Assembly: GCA_037447605.1 (NCBI GenBank)
Contig: CM074821.1
Location: 744,001-808,000, forward strand
Direction: 5' to 3'
From: Zygnema circumcarinatum SAG 698-1b
Taxonomy: Eukaryota > Plantae > Zygnematophyceae
Length of the DNA: 64,000 bases
The translations under genes and the position numbers were made by a program. Position 1 is the first letter of the stretch, and each line of letters starts with the position of its first letter. Positions 32,384 to 47,762 of this stretch are shown here, piece after piece. Below the pieces are notes generated by a model, which saw only the letters and a list, made by a program, of their open reading frames with translations, ran no database searches and had not been told where the DNA came from.

Positions 32384-34000
32384 CCATTATCGACGAATCC
32401 ATCCAAAAGCCCTTTGTCTCGAGTCACTCACCGTGGGAGTCTGAAGAATGCTCAGAAGGATGTATCCAAAGCGTTGCCGCAGCGCAGATTTCCAGTGGTT
32501 CTGTCACACAACGAGCAGTGCCCCAACTTAGTCATGTCCGCAGCCCTTCCCTTGACGCAGCAGCCCCTCGCCGCCATGGCCCCGCCCTCCCTCCCTCCCT
32601 CTCTCCCTCCCTCCCTCCCTCTCTCCCTCCCCTCCCTCCCTCCCTCCCTCCCTCCCTCCCCTCCCTCCCTCCCTCCCCTCCCTCCCTCCCTCCTCCCTCC
32701 CTCCCTCCCTCCTCCCTCCCTCCCTCCCTCCCTCCCTCCCTCCCTCCCTCCCTCCCTCCCTCCCTCCCTCCCTCTCTCCCTCCCTCCCTCCCTCCCTCCC
32801 TCCCTCCCTCCCTCCCTCCCTCCCTCCCTCCCTCCCTCCCTCCCTCCCTCCCTCCCTCCCTCCTTCCCTCCTCCTCCCTCCCTCCCTCCCTCCCTCCTCC
32901 CTCCCTCCCCTCCCTCCCTCCCTCCCTCCCTCCTCCCTCCCTCCCTCCCTCCCTCCTTCCCTCCCTCCCTCCTCCCTCCCCTCCCTCCCTCCCTCCCTCC
33001 CTCCCTCCCTCCCTCCTCCCTCCTCCCTCCCTCCCTCCCTCCCTCCCTCACTCTGACGGCGCCGTCCGTCCTGCCGGGCAGCGCGCGGGCGATGAGCGCC
33101 CAGCGCGGGCCCAACGCCGCGACGCCGATCGCAATGGCGCGCCGCTCGCTCTCCCGCCACTCCGTACGGTTGTCCACCTGCAGGCATGCATGCATGCATG
33201 CCACAACAGCATGTTGTGGGTGGCATGGCATGGTATGGCATGGGACAGTGACGACCTTCATGGCTCCAACACTTGAACTATGAAATTCAAGATCAAAGTG
33301 TGGAATCGGGGGAACCCCACATGCCCATTCTTGTGCCTGCCCACTTTTTTTTCTTTATTTTTCAGCAAATAAATTTGTGGTGCAGAAAAAGGCATTGCAC
33401 CACCATACGCCACTCCTTTTCTTTCTGAACTTCCCCCCTACGGCGGTGCCCGTCTCCCTCCCTCTCTCCCTCTTACATCGTCCTTCGTATTTTTTCCACA
33501 CTCTTCAATATTTTTCCCTCCTTCCTTTCCTGACCTCCCCTTCTCCATGGACGAGCCTAGTCCCCCTCCCGCGCCCGTCTCCTCTCCTCTCCTCTCCCTT
33601 TCCCCCCAACTCACGCGCAGATCCGCTTCGTCCCGCTCCCCTCCCACCCCATCCAAACTCTCCACATCCATGATCCCAAACGTCCCCTCCCACCCCCTTC
33701 CCTCCTCCTCCCATCTCCAACCTCCATGCCCTTCCAAATTTTCTATCTTCCCACCCCCACCTCTACCCCGTGACTTTGCAACCTCCTGCTCCCCCCCTCC
33801 CTCCCCNNNNNNNNNNCCTGCGGGTCCAAATGCTGCAGCCACCTCCGCCTGCAGCCCTTCGCCGACCTCCCCTCGAGCTCCGCCGCCGCCGCCACGCGCC
33901 CCCACTTCTCCGTCCCCTCCCGCGCCACTGCGCGCCGCAGCCGCCCGTCCTCCTCTGCCGTCCATGCGCGCCGCCCCGCCGCCGCCGCCGCCGCCGCCAT
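31143..34000 (-). CDS. R2R3-type MYB transcription factor, ~456 aa
   Basis: Exons 33818-34000 (donor runs into an N gap), 33052-33177, 32432-32500, 31143-32135. Repeats WTAEEDGRL..W..VA..LEGRSAKGCRRRWLQHLDP and [30 protein letters not shown]. Further 3' exons cannot be excluded. Confidence 0.85.
32295..32381. repeat. (CAT)29 microsatellite in a MYB intron
   Basis: Direct inspection. Confidence 0.95.
32585..33048. repeat. (CCCT)n tract, reading (GGGA)n on the MYB sense strand, intronic
   Basis: Direct inspection. Confidence 0.95.
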
Positions 34001-34645
34001 GGCCCGCCGCCGCCTCCTCTCCCCTCCGCCGCCGCCTCCTTTAGGCCCCGCCCGACGCCGGCTTGTCCCTTCCTCTCTTCCACCCTTGCGTAAATCATTG
34101 CGTCTTGCTCGGCCAGTGTCGGTTGCGGCCCGGCGCGGGTGGGGGCGGCGGGTTGCGCCTGGCGCCTTGCAATCGGACAACGAAAGAGAATCTGCGGCAA
34201 GGTGCGTCATGAGTAACTCCGTGTCGTTAGGGAGCCGACAATGTCGTACGGAAAGAATGTGCATATCGCATTTTTGTTGTTATCAAAGAACCGGATCTCG
34301 TCTCGTTGTCGTTATGCGAAGGGCGGATCAGACTCTAAGAACAAATAGAAAAATTGTCAGTCGAACTGCAAGAAAATATTTCGTAAAGTCTACAACAGAA
34401 TTAGTACTAACAACATTTTGGTTTTGCGTGCAAATAAGTACTCGTTCAGGATACTTGTGACTGTTCTTGATCTTTCTTTTTGGATTGTTTGTCCTGATTT
34501 CTAGCTAATAAAGTATATTTCTTGTCGTCAGTTGGAGACCCACGTATGACCTTGCCACGCTGGAACCCAACGCACGTGGGGCCGTCCTTAAGAGTTTTGT
34601 CGGCTTTTGAGCATCATGGGGACCGAGGGGACCTCGCTGGATCTC

Positions 34646-35207
34646 TGACGTCATCCACCAAATCTCAACGAATCACTGACCTCCTTCGCAAGTGCACTGA
34701 GTCACTGACATGCCCAGCACTTGGACGGTAGCAGTGGCAGTGACACGTGGCGCTCTGACCCGTAGTGTCGCGCCACTTGTTTTCACGACCAGGCTCCCTG
34801 CGCTTGGCCGTGACGTCACACATCACCGCGCGCACGACGACGAATACGCCACGCGTTCCCACGGGCCAGTGCGGATTTCAGGACTCGGGGCGCTTGGTCA
34901 GGGCTTAGGGCCAGGGTTTAAGCCTAGAGGCTAAGGTTTAGGGTTAAGGCCAGGGTTTAGGGATTAGGGATTTTTAGGGACACCTGTCGCAGGGCGAGGC
35001 ACGTGCTTCCGCTGTCAGGTTTCGTTTTCCATGACGTCATGTCTTCCCTTGGCTTAGCTGTAATCCAGTTTTCCATGACGTCATAGATTCGCCGTTGCTT
35101 AGCTGAACCCCTGCAACAGGCATCTAGTTTCTGATGACGTCACAAGCTCGCCCTCGCTTAGCTGGGCCTACTCATGCGCAGGTCACAAACCCGCGCGAGT
35201 GACGTCA
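34646..35207. promoter_or_regulatory. Six TGACGTCA palindromes upstream of the R2R3 MYB
   Basis: At 34646, 34811, 35032, 35076, 35135 and 35200; three are followed 12-13 nt later by GCTTAGCTG. Confidence 0.55.
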
Positions 35208-35365
35208 GCGCACTATGCCGCCATAACTGCCCCCCCCCCTTCGCCCACGTGGCGTTTATTGTATGGGCGGCGGGGACCCCTTGGGACCGCTCGCCCGCCC
35301 GCCCGTGCGAGATAAGACTCGCTTTAAAAACTGTCTCATTACAGTACTGTAAGCATGAGCGTAAG

Positions 35366-35614
35366 CAGGGGCGGGGGGGGTCTGTGCAGGATTTTAGAGA
35401 AGGGGGGGGAGGGCTTAGATCCAGGGTTTTAGTGAAGGGGGGGGGGAGGGGGAGAGGGGGGGGGGAAGTGAGTTGGAAAAGGACAAGTCTTTGCAATTCG
35501 GGTGTGTTTTCGGTGATCAGTCTTCTAAGGCGATCAATGGCTGACAGTTGTTCAGAATTGAGGGGGGGGGCATTGGACTAAGCGCTCCCTCACGCAACCG
35601 TGGGTCCGCCACTG
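35366..35614. mobile_element. hAT-type MITE (~250 bp)
   Basis: Ends CAGGGGCGG... and ...GGGTCCGCCACTG, with internal G-runs. Degenerate 8-bp TSD AGCGTAAG versus AGCGGAAT (6/8). Confidence 0.55.
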
Positions 35615-36154
35615 AGCGGAATATGCTAAATATGTTCTCTTAAAAAAAAGGAAGAAAAAGTTACATGTTCTATGCCTTTGCTCACATTGCCAAGGACGCA
35701 AAAGCGTTCACATAGATCACTCCAGTCTTGTTTGGATTGTGACCTGTCACAAACTACACCTTTATTCTTAAACTCTCGTCTCTGCCTCCTCTCCATTCCA
35801 TTATTGAAATAGAAGGAGTGAACATTGCATGCGTACAATGATAATGGAGAACAAATGACACAAAAGGAAAGTGTCTATTCAATGAGGTGCTTATACTATG
35901 TCCTAAGCTTGCTTATATACCATGCAACTAGAACTAGGCGACAAAAGTAAGTTGTAGCATAGGTCTAGCCTGAGCAAGGGGTGGCCAGGTGTAAGGCACA
36001 TGGCCTCAAAAGACAAGATTCAATAAAAGCTAAAAACCTTTATACGATAATATAAGAATGTCTTGTTTGCACCATCCATCACCCCTTTTTACACGTATGC
36101 TCGCAACTATCAAAAAACTTTTGACTGTTGCCTCCACTTGCTAACCACAGAGCC

Positions 36155-39639
<3,485 letters not shown>

Positions 39640-40469
39640 GGCCGCCTCCTTCCCCTTCCTCCAGCCTGTGGCCGGCGGCACCCCACTGCGCGCCGAGGGC
39701 TGTTAGTATGTACTTGGTGCCGACGGCTGCGATGAGGCCTCCATGCAAATCTGACGGCCTACAGCGGCGGTCCGTACGAGTGCCGGTTCGCGGCCACGTG
39801 ACGAAGCGAGCGCTTCCTGCACGCGGGGAACTCCATTTCGAGAATTGTCCAGCCGCCAATCTTGGTATGACACGTGTTCATATGTACACGTGGCGTAATT
39901 TTATTAGCTTATTTTTTGCCTTAAAAAATAGTGAAAATCCAGCGTGTCACACTAGAGTCACAAAACGACACTAATACAGGCACTATATAGGACACGTGGA
40001 CGAATCAGCTGTCGTCATTTGTCACGCCGTGCCACGTCGACACTGGTCGGCCGGCGTCCGCCGGCTGTCCGCTCGCTAAAGGACAAACGTCCCCGTCCGA
40101 CGCACAGAACTTGGCCGGTTGACCCGTCCTCGCCGGCCGGCTAACCTGACACGTGACGAGAGATGATTTGTTCACGTGGTTGTCCATATGCGGCAATGTT
40201 ACCATTCCAGTAAGGTTCTACTGTTCTCAGTGAAAGTTTTACGCAACGCTCGCCGCAACTGTCGCCTCATGTAGCGTCGTCTGCCGCGTGGATGGGTGCC
40301 CCGAGCTCAGGGAGGGCGGAGGGGAAGGAGAGTTCTGCCCGGACGGGAGAGGGGGAGAGAGTGACAGAGTACGAGGGAGAGAGAGAAAGTGATAGAGAGA
40401 AAGGGAAAGAGAGAAAGAGAGAGAAATAGAGAGAGGGAGAGAAAGAGAGGGAGGGAGAGAGAAGGAGAG

Positions 40470-43281
40470 ATGATGCACGAAGGCGGGGAGGCTCTGAGCT
40501 ACCTGTGTCCCCCGGAGAGTCTGGGGGCCGTGGAGGCGGGCGTGTACCGGTGCAGCGCCATTGCCGCCTCGAGCTTTCCCTTCGTGCGGCAGCTGCGCCT
40601 GCGCACCGCGCTCTACCTCTCGCCCGAGGCGCCCATCCGCGCCGTCTCGCACTTCTTTCAAGACTGCAACACGCGCTTTGTGCGTGCGCCCTAACCCTAA
40701 TTTCCCTCAACCTTAACTTCTCAGGCTTTGGAGCTTCAGGGCCCCTTTGCATTGTGTGGTTTTGGAATCTTGGAAGTCTTGCAACTGGTGAAGTTTGTGA
40801 GGAGGTCTGGCTGATGTGCACTGCGGTAGAGGAGGACTGTGAGTGAATCTTGAAAGGCTGAAGAAACGTTGGCGGCGAATGTTTGTGGTATTTTCTGTGT
40901 GCGCAGTCGTTGAAGGGATGATTTGTGAAGATGAATGATGGAGAAATAAGGTTGCTATAGTCTGATTTTAGCTTATGTTTCATTATTTTCATGATCTTTC
41001 AATTATATGTAATTGTTAGGGTTCGGAATTTCATTTAAGATATTGTTTCTATATTTTAGAAAGCATGTCAAGGTCAGGGTAGTGTTGGACTTTCTCTGCT
41101 ATCAAATCATGTGAAATGAGCCGACATGCCGCTCATTTACAACTTTGATTTTGAAATTGGAGGGATGTTTGAAGGTGAGGGTCTTTGAATATTCTTTATA
41201 ACTTTCAGTACTCATGCCTCCTTTTCGTCAGAAGCCCCTATCCCTTAGCTGTAAATTTGCACACAGCACGTTGACTATTGCTGCAAGTATTCATCGGCAA
41301 ATGCTGTTAGATTCATATCTGAACAGAGAAATTGTTGCCTCCAGTTGACAGATCCATTTGGGACTGAAAGCATGGAAACCGTATGCCACGTGGAAGCCGA
41401 TCAGTGAGGAGCTTATTAAGGAGGCCCTCGAACTAGTTCTGGATGTGAACACGCATCCCATCATGGTCATGTGTGCGTGAGTCACGCTCGCCCCCCCCCC
41501 CCCATGGCTGGTCGGTGGGAACCCTAAGGGGGCACGTGTCACTTTGTGGTTGGATCCTGCTGCGTAACGACTTCTTGTTCCTATCCTGTATAGGAGAATT
41601 GATCGCAATTTTTTATTGTCTTTTTGGAATTGTATCTTTTTCAGGTCAGGAATTCAGCAGACAGGAACACTTGTCGGCTGCCTACGCCGCCTTCAGAAAT
41701 GGAATCTCACATCCGTTATTGAAGAGGTTTGCTGCAAATTCCTTTCCTGCGTGACTGCTGCCTTTCTGTATCTGGACAAGCGCACCGACCACGTTCATTC
41801 ACCCCGTTGACCCACCCAGTCCTCAGGAATGAGCATAAGGCCGCAGTTTGGTCTTGTCTCTTCTACTCAAAACATTTTTATTTAGCCTTATTAATATGTT
41901 GTAGCGTCGGAAGGGGGGGTTACAGAGAAAAATGTGTCATTTAATTTATGAGGTTGATTTGACTTTCTTTAGTCGAAATACTGACTTGAAAAGTTTTCTA
42001 TGTTGCCGCGGCAGTATCGGCGGTATGCAGGCAGCAAGGCGCGGTATGTGAACGAGCAGTTCATTGAACTCTTTGATGAAGACCTCGTGACTTTGCCCCG
42101 CGACCTTCCGATGTGGTTCATCAACCAGCGGCGAATGATGGTGCGCCACGTGGCCAAAACATTGCTTCTGCTGCCCCGGGGAAACCATTAGAGGGATGGA
42201 TGGGGGAGAGAGAGAGGGAGAGGGAGAGGGAGAGGGAAAGGGAGAGAGGGGGAGAGAGGGGGAGAGAGGAGGAGAGAGGGGGAGAGAGGGGGAGAGAGGG
42301 GGAGAGAGGGAGAGAGAGGGAGAGAGCGGGAGGGAGGGGGAAGGAGGGGGAGAGAAGGAGAGAGGGGGAGAGAGGGGGAGAGAGAAAAAAAAAATGAAAA
42401 AATGAGAGGGGTTGGAGTTGGAGGGTTGGAGAGCCCTTTTTCTTGCTGAGCTTTCGCTTCCTTCTTAGGCATAAAGCCTACGTGTGAGGAGATGAATTAC
42501 TCGTCAGTTTTGTTGACCCCCGGAGCAGAAAGTGCTTGTGAAGTTGTTTGTGGATGAAGGAAAGGATTGCGCAAATGAATCTTTACTGTTGTTCTTAATC
42601 TTGCTCTTTCATTTCTTTTTTTGTTTGGAATCACAGTTGGCAGCCCTATCCTGGCTCGAATACATGTTTGAAGTTTTGTGCTTGGACAACTCATCACTCC
42701 TGTTTTTATCTCCTCAGCACTCACTTCTGACAGATTATATTCAGTGTTCACGAGGCTTGAGGTCATGCAAACCCTAATTTGCTGGTAGATATTATGTTTT
42801 TGTATGGTACCTGTAAAGGAGGAGGAGGAGAGGGAGTACGAAGAGCTGCAAGCAATGGCTGCCGCTGCTGCAGAGAGATCAATCAAAGAGAGCTTGCAAG
42901 CAGGGAAGGAGGAAGGAAAACGGGAGACCGTACCAAGCGACGGTGAAACTGTGACGGAAACTCATAGAGATGGGGCGGCACTGACTTTAGCAAGGGTGAG
43001 TAATCTGCTGCATATGTCGCATATGGAGTCTGTTCTCCTGAAATTTCACATGTACTAGAACTAGATGAATTCCTGCATCATCCCTTGAGCTTCTCTTTAG
43101 GGTTTCTATGCAGGTTCAGTTGGGTGCGGAGAAAGGGGTTCCGGGATATCGCCAGTTCTACTATTCTCGGAGCAGTCCGTTAACAACAGAGAACCGTTCC
43201 TACAAACGGAAAATCATTGGGAAGGTTGTGGACGAGGAGGGGGACGCGGATAGGGACGGGGCCTCCCCTTGCGAGTGCTGA
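40470..43281 (+). CDS. PFA-DSP/OCA-family (Siw14-like) tyrosine-phosphatase homologue with a degenerate P-loop, ~295 aa
   Basis: Exons 40470-40679, 41352-41476, 41645-41726, 42015-42140, 42819-42995, 43114-43281 sum to 888 nt in frame. Motifs PPESLGAVEAGVYR, YLSPE, HPIMVMCASGIQQTGTLVGCLRRLQKWNLTS and EYRRYAGSKARYVNEQFIELFD. Confidence 0.85.
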
Positions 43282-43587
43282 ACCCTTGAACCTGCATGGC
43301 ACTGCATGGGGGGGATGCAGGAATTGGGTTGTAGGGGGCGAAAATATTTCCTGTCTGGAAAAATGGAACGTTTGTGTACATAGATTGGGAATGTTTCTGT
43401 GACTGCGATTGACAATTTTGTCGTTTATATAAAATTTATTTTGAGTACTGAGTGCGCTGCTTTCTGCTTGTAAACTAAGTGGTCGAACTAAGCTGCATTT
43501 TGGAAGTTTACAACTGATGGGAGCTGCCCCTAGCCCTAATAACTCGGAAGAAAGGGGGCAGTGTGAACGCCGTTGCGGTCTGGGGAT

Positions 43588-43810
43588 TAGGGATGGCAAA
43601 ACGACCGTACAAGGGACTTTTAGAGTTTTAAATTTCAGTATTAACGTTTTAATATCCATTTTAGGTTAGATTTTGGCGTTGCGAATGGGCCGAATTGCGC
43701 TACGTACGGCCATTCTAAAAGTGTTTTATAAAACGGGCAGAATTCAGAACTCTCAGAATTTTTTATTGGAATTCTAAAACACCAACATTGCGTTATAATA
43801 TCCACCCCTA
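43588..43810. mobile_element. hAT-type MITE (223 bp)
   Basis: Termini TAGGGATGG and CCACCCCTA (8/9 inverted match). 8-bp TSD CTGGGGAT (43580-43587) versus CTAGGGAT (43811-43818). Confidence 0.65.
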
Positions 43811-44442
43811 CTAGGGATGGGCGGGCGTTTGAATTTGAAAACTTTTGGATTTTTGAACCGAATGTTCAAGCGTTTAAAAACTATTTGAAAACTTCGCTTA
43901 TTTATTTTATCAATCACTTTTCAAACAGCTGAGGCCAGTGAAAACGCCTTATCATCGTCGTCACTTTCAAACTTTAACAACTTTCATTCATTGATATCAA
44001 TCGCATTCATTCATTCATTCATGCATTCATTCATTCATTCATTCATCGCATTCAACACATCATGCAATATTGTAAGCATCCGCTGCCATATAAATCTGCG
44101 AAATTGGGGGTTTCCAAGAGACAAAAAAACCCTAGCCTCCGATCTGCCACAAAAGCGAAACCACACGATAAATTGTGAGCTACAATCCTTGGTTGCGAGA
44201 CCTAAGCAAAGGAATTACAAAATTAGGCCATTTAGGGTTTTTGGTGTTTTTAGGGTTTCTATTTGATGTGCCGTACAACGCTCCACCTGTATTTTTCCCA
44301 GTTCAGGATCCGAGAAACTGGAACTGGAAGCTAATGTCCTCCACAGAAACGAGGCGACAAAATTAGGGTTAGGTCAGGTGAGGCTGGCGGTGGCTGGCCC
44401 GCCCTCGAGGGCGCCATTGCAGCACCTTCGCTCGTAGGCACC

Positions 44443-47297
44443 ATGGAGGGCGGGAGAGACTGGAAGTTTGCGGAACAAGTCGATGACGACATTGACGGTG
44501 GCGGAGAGAAGGGAGCTCTTGTGGAGGTGGAGGACGAGGTGGTGCAAAGAGTGGAAGAGGACGGGGAGGGGAGGAGCAAGCGCGGGGGGAAGGGAAAGGA
44601 GAAGGTTGGCAGCGCAGAAAGCAGTTACAGTTGCCGTGGTGAGTGGAAGTGTTTTGCATTACCCAAGACAGGTTATGGACGACCGGCGGCCAAGATCTTT
44701 CACGCTACCTCCTATGTAGAATGTGCCAAGCATCCGATGCAGTACCTAAAATCAGGCGCCCATTGGGCCCGTCAATGCTTATTCTGCTCGGTTTTTCTCA
44801 GTGGGTCAATCAAGCCTACGCGGAATCACGTCCTCAAGCACTGCTCCAAGATCAGTCCAGAAGAAAGAAGTCAGATGAGGATGTATGTGGAAGGGAGAGT
44901 CTTGGCCGACGGTGTTGAGAGTTTGAGGGCCAAACCAATCAAGGAAATTTCAGTTCAAGGTTTTGTGGGAACAACTCTGTCAAAGGAAACCCAGGCAGAA
45001 TGGTATGACGATTTGGCAAGGGTAGTAATCATAAAAAATTGGCCATTTGATTTTTTTGAGGATGAAGATGTCCAGAAGAGCTATCTCCGCCTTAACCCCA
45101 AGTTGGTCTTCCCTTCCAGGAAGAAAATAGCGTCAAGGATCACGGCTATTGACAAGGACGTCCAGAGCTCCATTAGAAATGCTTTAGGAGAGGAGACAAA
45201 CCTGACCTTGATATTGGACGGTTGGACTAACATCCGAGGAGAAAGCTTATGGGCTTTTACTATCTTGACCCCTTCCCGCCAATCATATCTTGTTGAAGTG
45301 AAGGACTTGTCGGGCATCAAACAGGCAGGCCCTAAATTGCAAGCGGCAATGAAGGCAGTCATGGACAAATGGGGAGGTCCTCATAAATTCATTGCAGTAC
45401 TTACCGACAACGCATCCAATTGCAAGTCCGCCAGGTAAATATGAGTTTCTCTGCCTGTTCCTAAAGCTAGAAGCTCTGTTTCAAAAGTTATTGACTTATC
45501 AGTATGCCCCTTCCCTTCTTTGCCCTTCGACCCTCTCTTGGATGTAGGGAGGGTCTCCAAAAACAACTGTGGGAGGGAAAAGATGACGAAGGACCACCTC
45601 TAAAGATTTGGATACTGGCTTTGAGATGCATGCCTCACGCCTTCAATCTGATGGTTGGAGATTTCTTCAAACACCATTGGGCAGATACGAGAGTCAAGTC
45701 TTGCAAGAAACTGTTCATCCACTTTTCTCGCTCGCCCATGTTGAATGACGCCCTCACTGAGGAGAGGAAGTTACTTGCCGCTGAAAAAGGGAAAAGCATC
45801 CGAGGATTATCTATCACTGACTGTACTCGGTAAGAGCCTATCCTCTTTTGGAATCAAAACTAGTCATACTTCCTCCCCTTGCATCTCAACGTTTATACCT
45901 TTCGTTTTCTTGCATCTCAACGTTTATATCTTTCGTTTTCTAACTTTACGGTAATCATTTGATGCTATCTATTCATTCGTTTCGGGGCTGGGGCTGTGTA
46001 ATTCTATCACAGATGGTTGTCTTGTCATTCCATGCTCGAGTCTATAGTAGAGAATATCGAGCCCATCGCGAGAGTGTTTGATCAGCACATGGATGAGAAG
46101 GTGCGTCCACTTCGGGACAGTACTGTACAGGACCCAAATTTCGCATCCGATGTAGAACTTTTGACGGGTCTATTGAAGCCTTTCACCACTGCCACGGCGA
46201 CAATGGAAAGGAGGTCTGCCACATTAGCCTCTTTGTCTGTCCACCTTTTCATGTTGGGTCGAACCCTTCTCCACTACTATGATGCGGCCCAACCTTCCCC
46301 TACAAATCCTTCAAATGCTTCAAATGCTTCAAGACTTGACTTCCTCCACCACTGCTGCTCTTGTTTCCTCACACGACTGGAAGAATTTAATGGGGACCTA
46401 CTTTCACTGGCAATACTGTTAGACCCAGCTCTTAGATTTGTGCAGTCATATTCGAAGTCAGAGAAGACTTTTCAGTCTCTAAGGAGATGTGCTCTGCGGC
46501 TTTATTCGAGGAGGATATGTAGTTTGGCAACCCCTGCTGCCGTCGCCATTTCCGGAGCCATGAAAGATTTTGTGGCTAACAGAGCCCCATGGAATCAACC
46601 ATACAAGTTGGGGGATTCTGTTTCTGATTGGTTGGATGCTATACCGGACAGTGTTGGTACAATTGGTCTGAAGGCTATTGCTAAGATGTTGCTGGCAATC
46701 GTTCCGGACCAACTTGACACAGAGAGGAGATTCTCGATTCGTGGATATGTTAATTCCAGAACAGAGAATGGGGTGGGAGCTGCAATGGCAACGTGTCTCG
46801 TAAGGTCTCGGCTGTTTTACAGGCAAGAAAAGCAGCAAAGGAGAGCAAACCCTCAAAATGCCTCACCGATGGATGATGTCCAAACAGTTGATGCAGAGAT
46901 GCTAAGCGTTGGGGAGACTGAACCGGAGATTTTCGATGCTATATTTCATCATTGGGATGACGATGAGCTGGTCGCAACTCCCGGATTCAATGACAGTATG
47001 AATGTAACTGAAACTCTCTTGCAAGAGGGACTCAGAGCGGGGCAAGAGATGGGAGTGAAGCGAAGGAAAAGTAACATTCTTACTGGCAATGAGGAGGACG
47101 AAACAAGAAAAGACCTTTTGAATGTTGTCCAGAGGCTCAATTGGCCCGTGGCTGACAGACTGCGCCTTGAACTGAATGCAATGTTCGACCTCTCTCAGGC
47201 AGTTCCGGGTGATCCCACATTTGTAATGCCAAGTCCAACCACTTGTATTGCTACCACTGAGTACGAAGAGATAGATGTAGAGGCTTTAGCTGCATAG
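44443..47297 (+). CDS. hAT-superfamily transposase with BED finger, ~852 aa, uninterrupted
   Basis: Exons 44443-45434, 45548-45829, 46013-47297 sum to 2559 nt in frame. BED-like CLFC...HVLKHC; LILDGW (D), LTDNAS (D), CMPH (CxxH), TRWLS and TERRFS (E). Confidence 0.9.
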
Positions 47298-47624
47298 AGC
47301 AGCGAGTTGTAACTGAATTGGGGGAATATGGCATTGATCTCACGCATGGCGATGATGCCATCAAAATGTACATGGCCAAAAGCAGCAGCATGGGAAACCA
47401 CGAGGAGGGACTGGTCGCAAAGGACCAAAGCACAAAAGAAAGAATTGTAGAGTTGTAGTTGAAGCGGTTTGATATTAGTTGCAGAAAGTCATCATCAAAG
47501 TAGCGGACACTTATGGCTGCAGTATCAAGACTGTGTGCTCCTTCTTGCTTCTTGTTGGGCAATGGGACAACATTTTGCTTACTACGTTTGAGACCCCTTC
47601 GTTTTGACAATGAAACATGTTTGA

Positions 47625-47762
47625 TTTTTAGGGTTTAAGGTTTTAGGGTTGTAGGGTTTTAGGGGATTAAGGGTTTTAGGGTTTTAGGGTCGTTAGGGTT
47701 TAGAGTTTCAGGGTTTTTAGAGTCGTAGGGTTTTAGGGTTTAGGGTTTTAGGGGTTTTAGGG
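47625..47762 (+). repeat. Degenerate interstitial telomeric tract (TTTAGGG variants) inside the hAT 3' region
   Basis: Many T2-5AGGG variants in tandem. Similar shorter tracts at 19201-19249 and 34898-34980. Confidence 0.85.

Noticed and set aside
32236-33283. Pro/Ser-rich, poly-Ile and (GGRE)n ORFs
   Set aside because: Frames of intronic (CAT)n and (CCCT)n tracts of the MYB gene; only the embedded MYB exons are supported.
35027-35164. Repeat-spacer pattern resembling CRISPR
   Set aside because: Only three short degenerate units around a bZIP palindrome; kept as a regulatory finding instead.
43270-43281. C-terminal CEC as a CXC prenylation signal on the phosphatase homologue
   Set aside because: Three residues alone are not evidence, and CXC prenylation is typical of Rab proteins.
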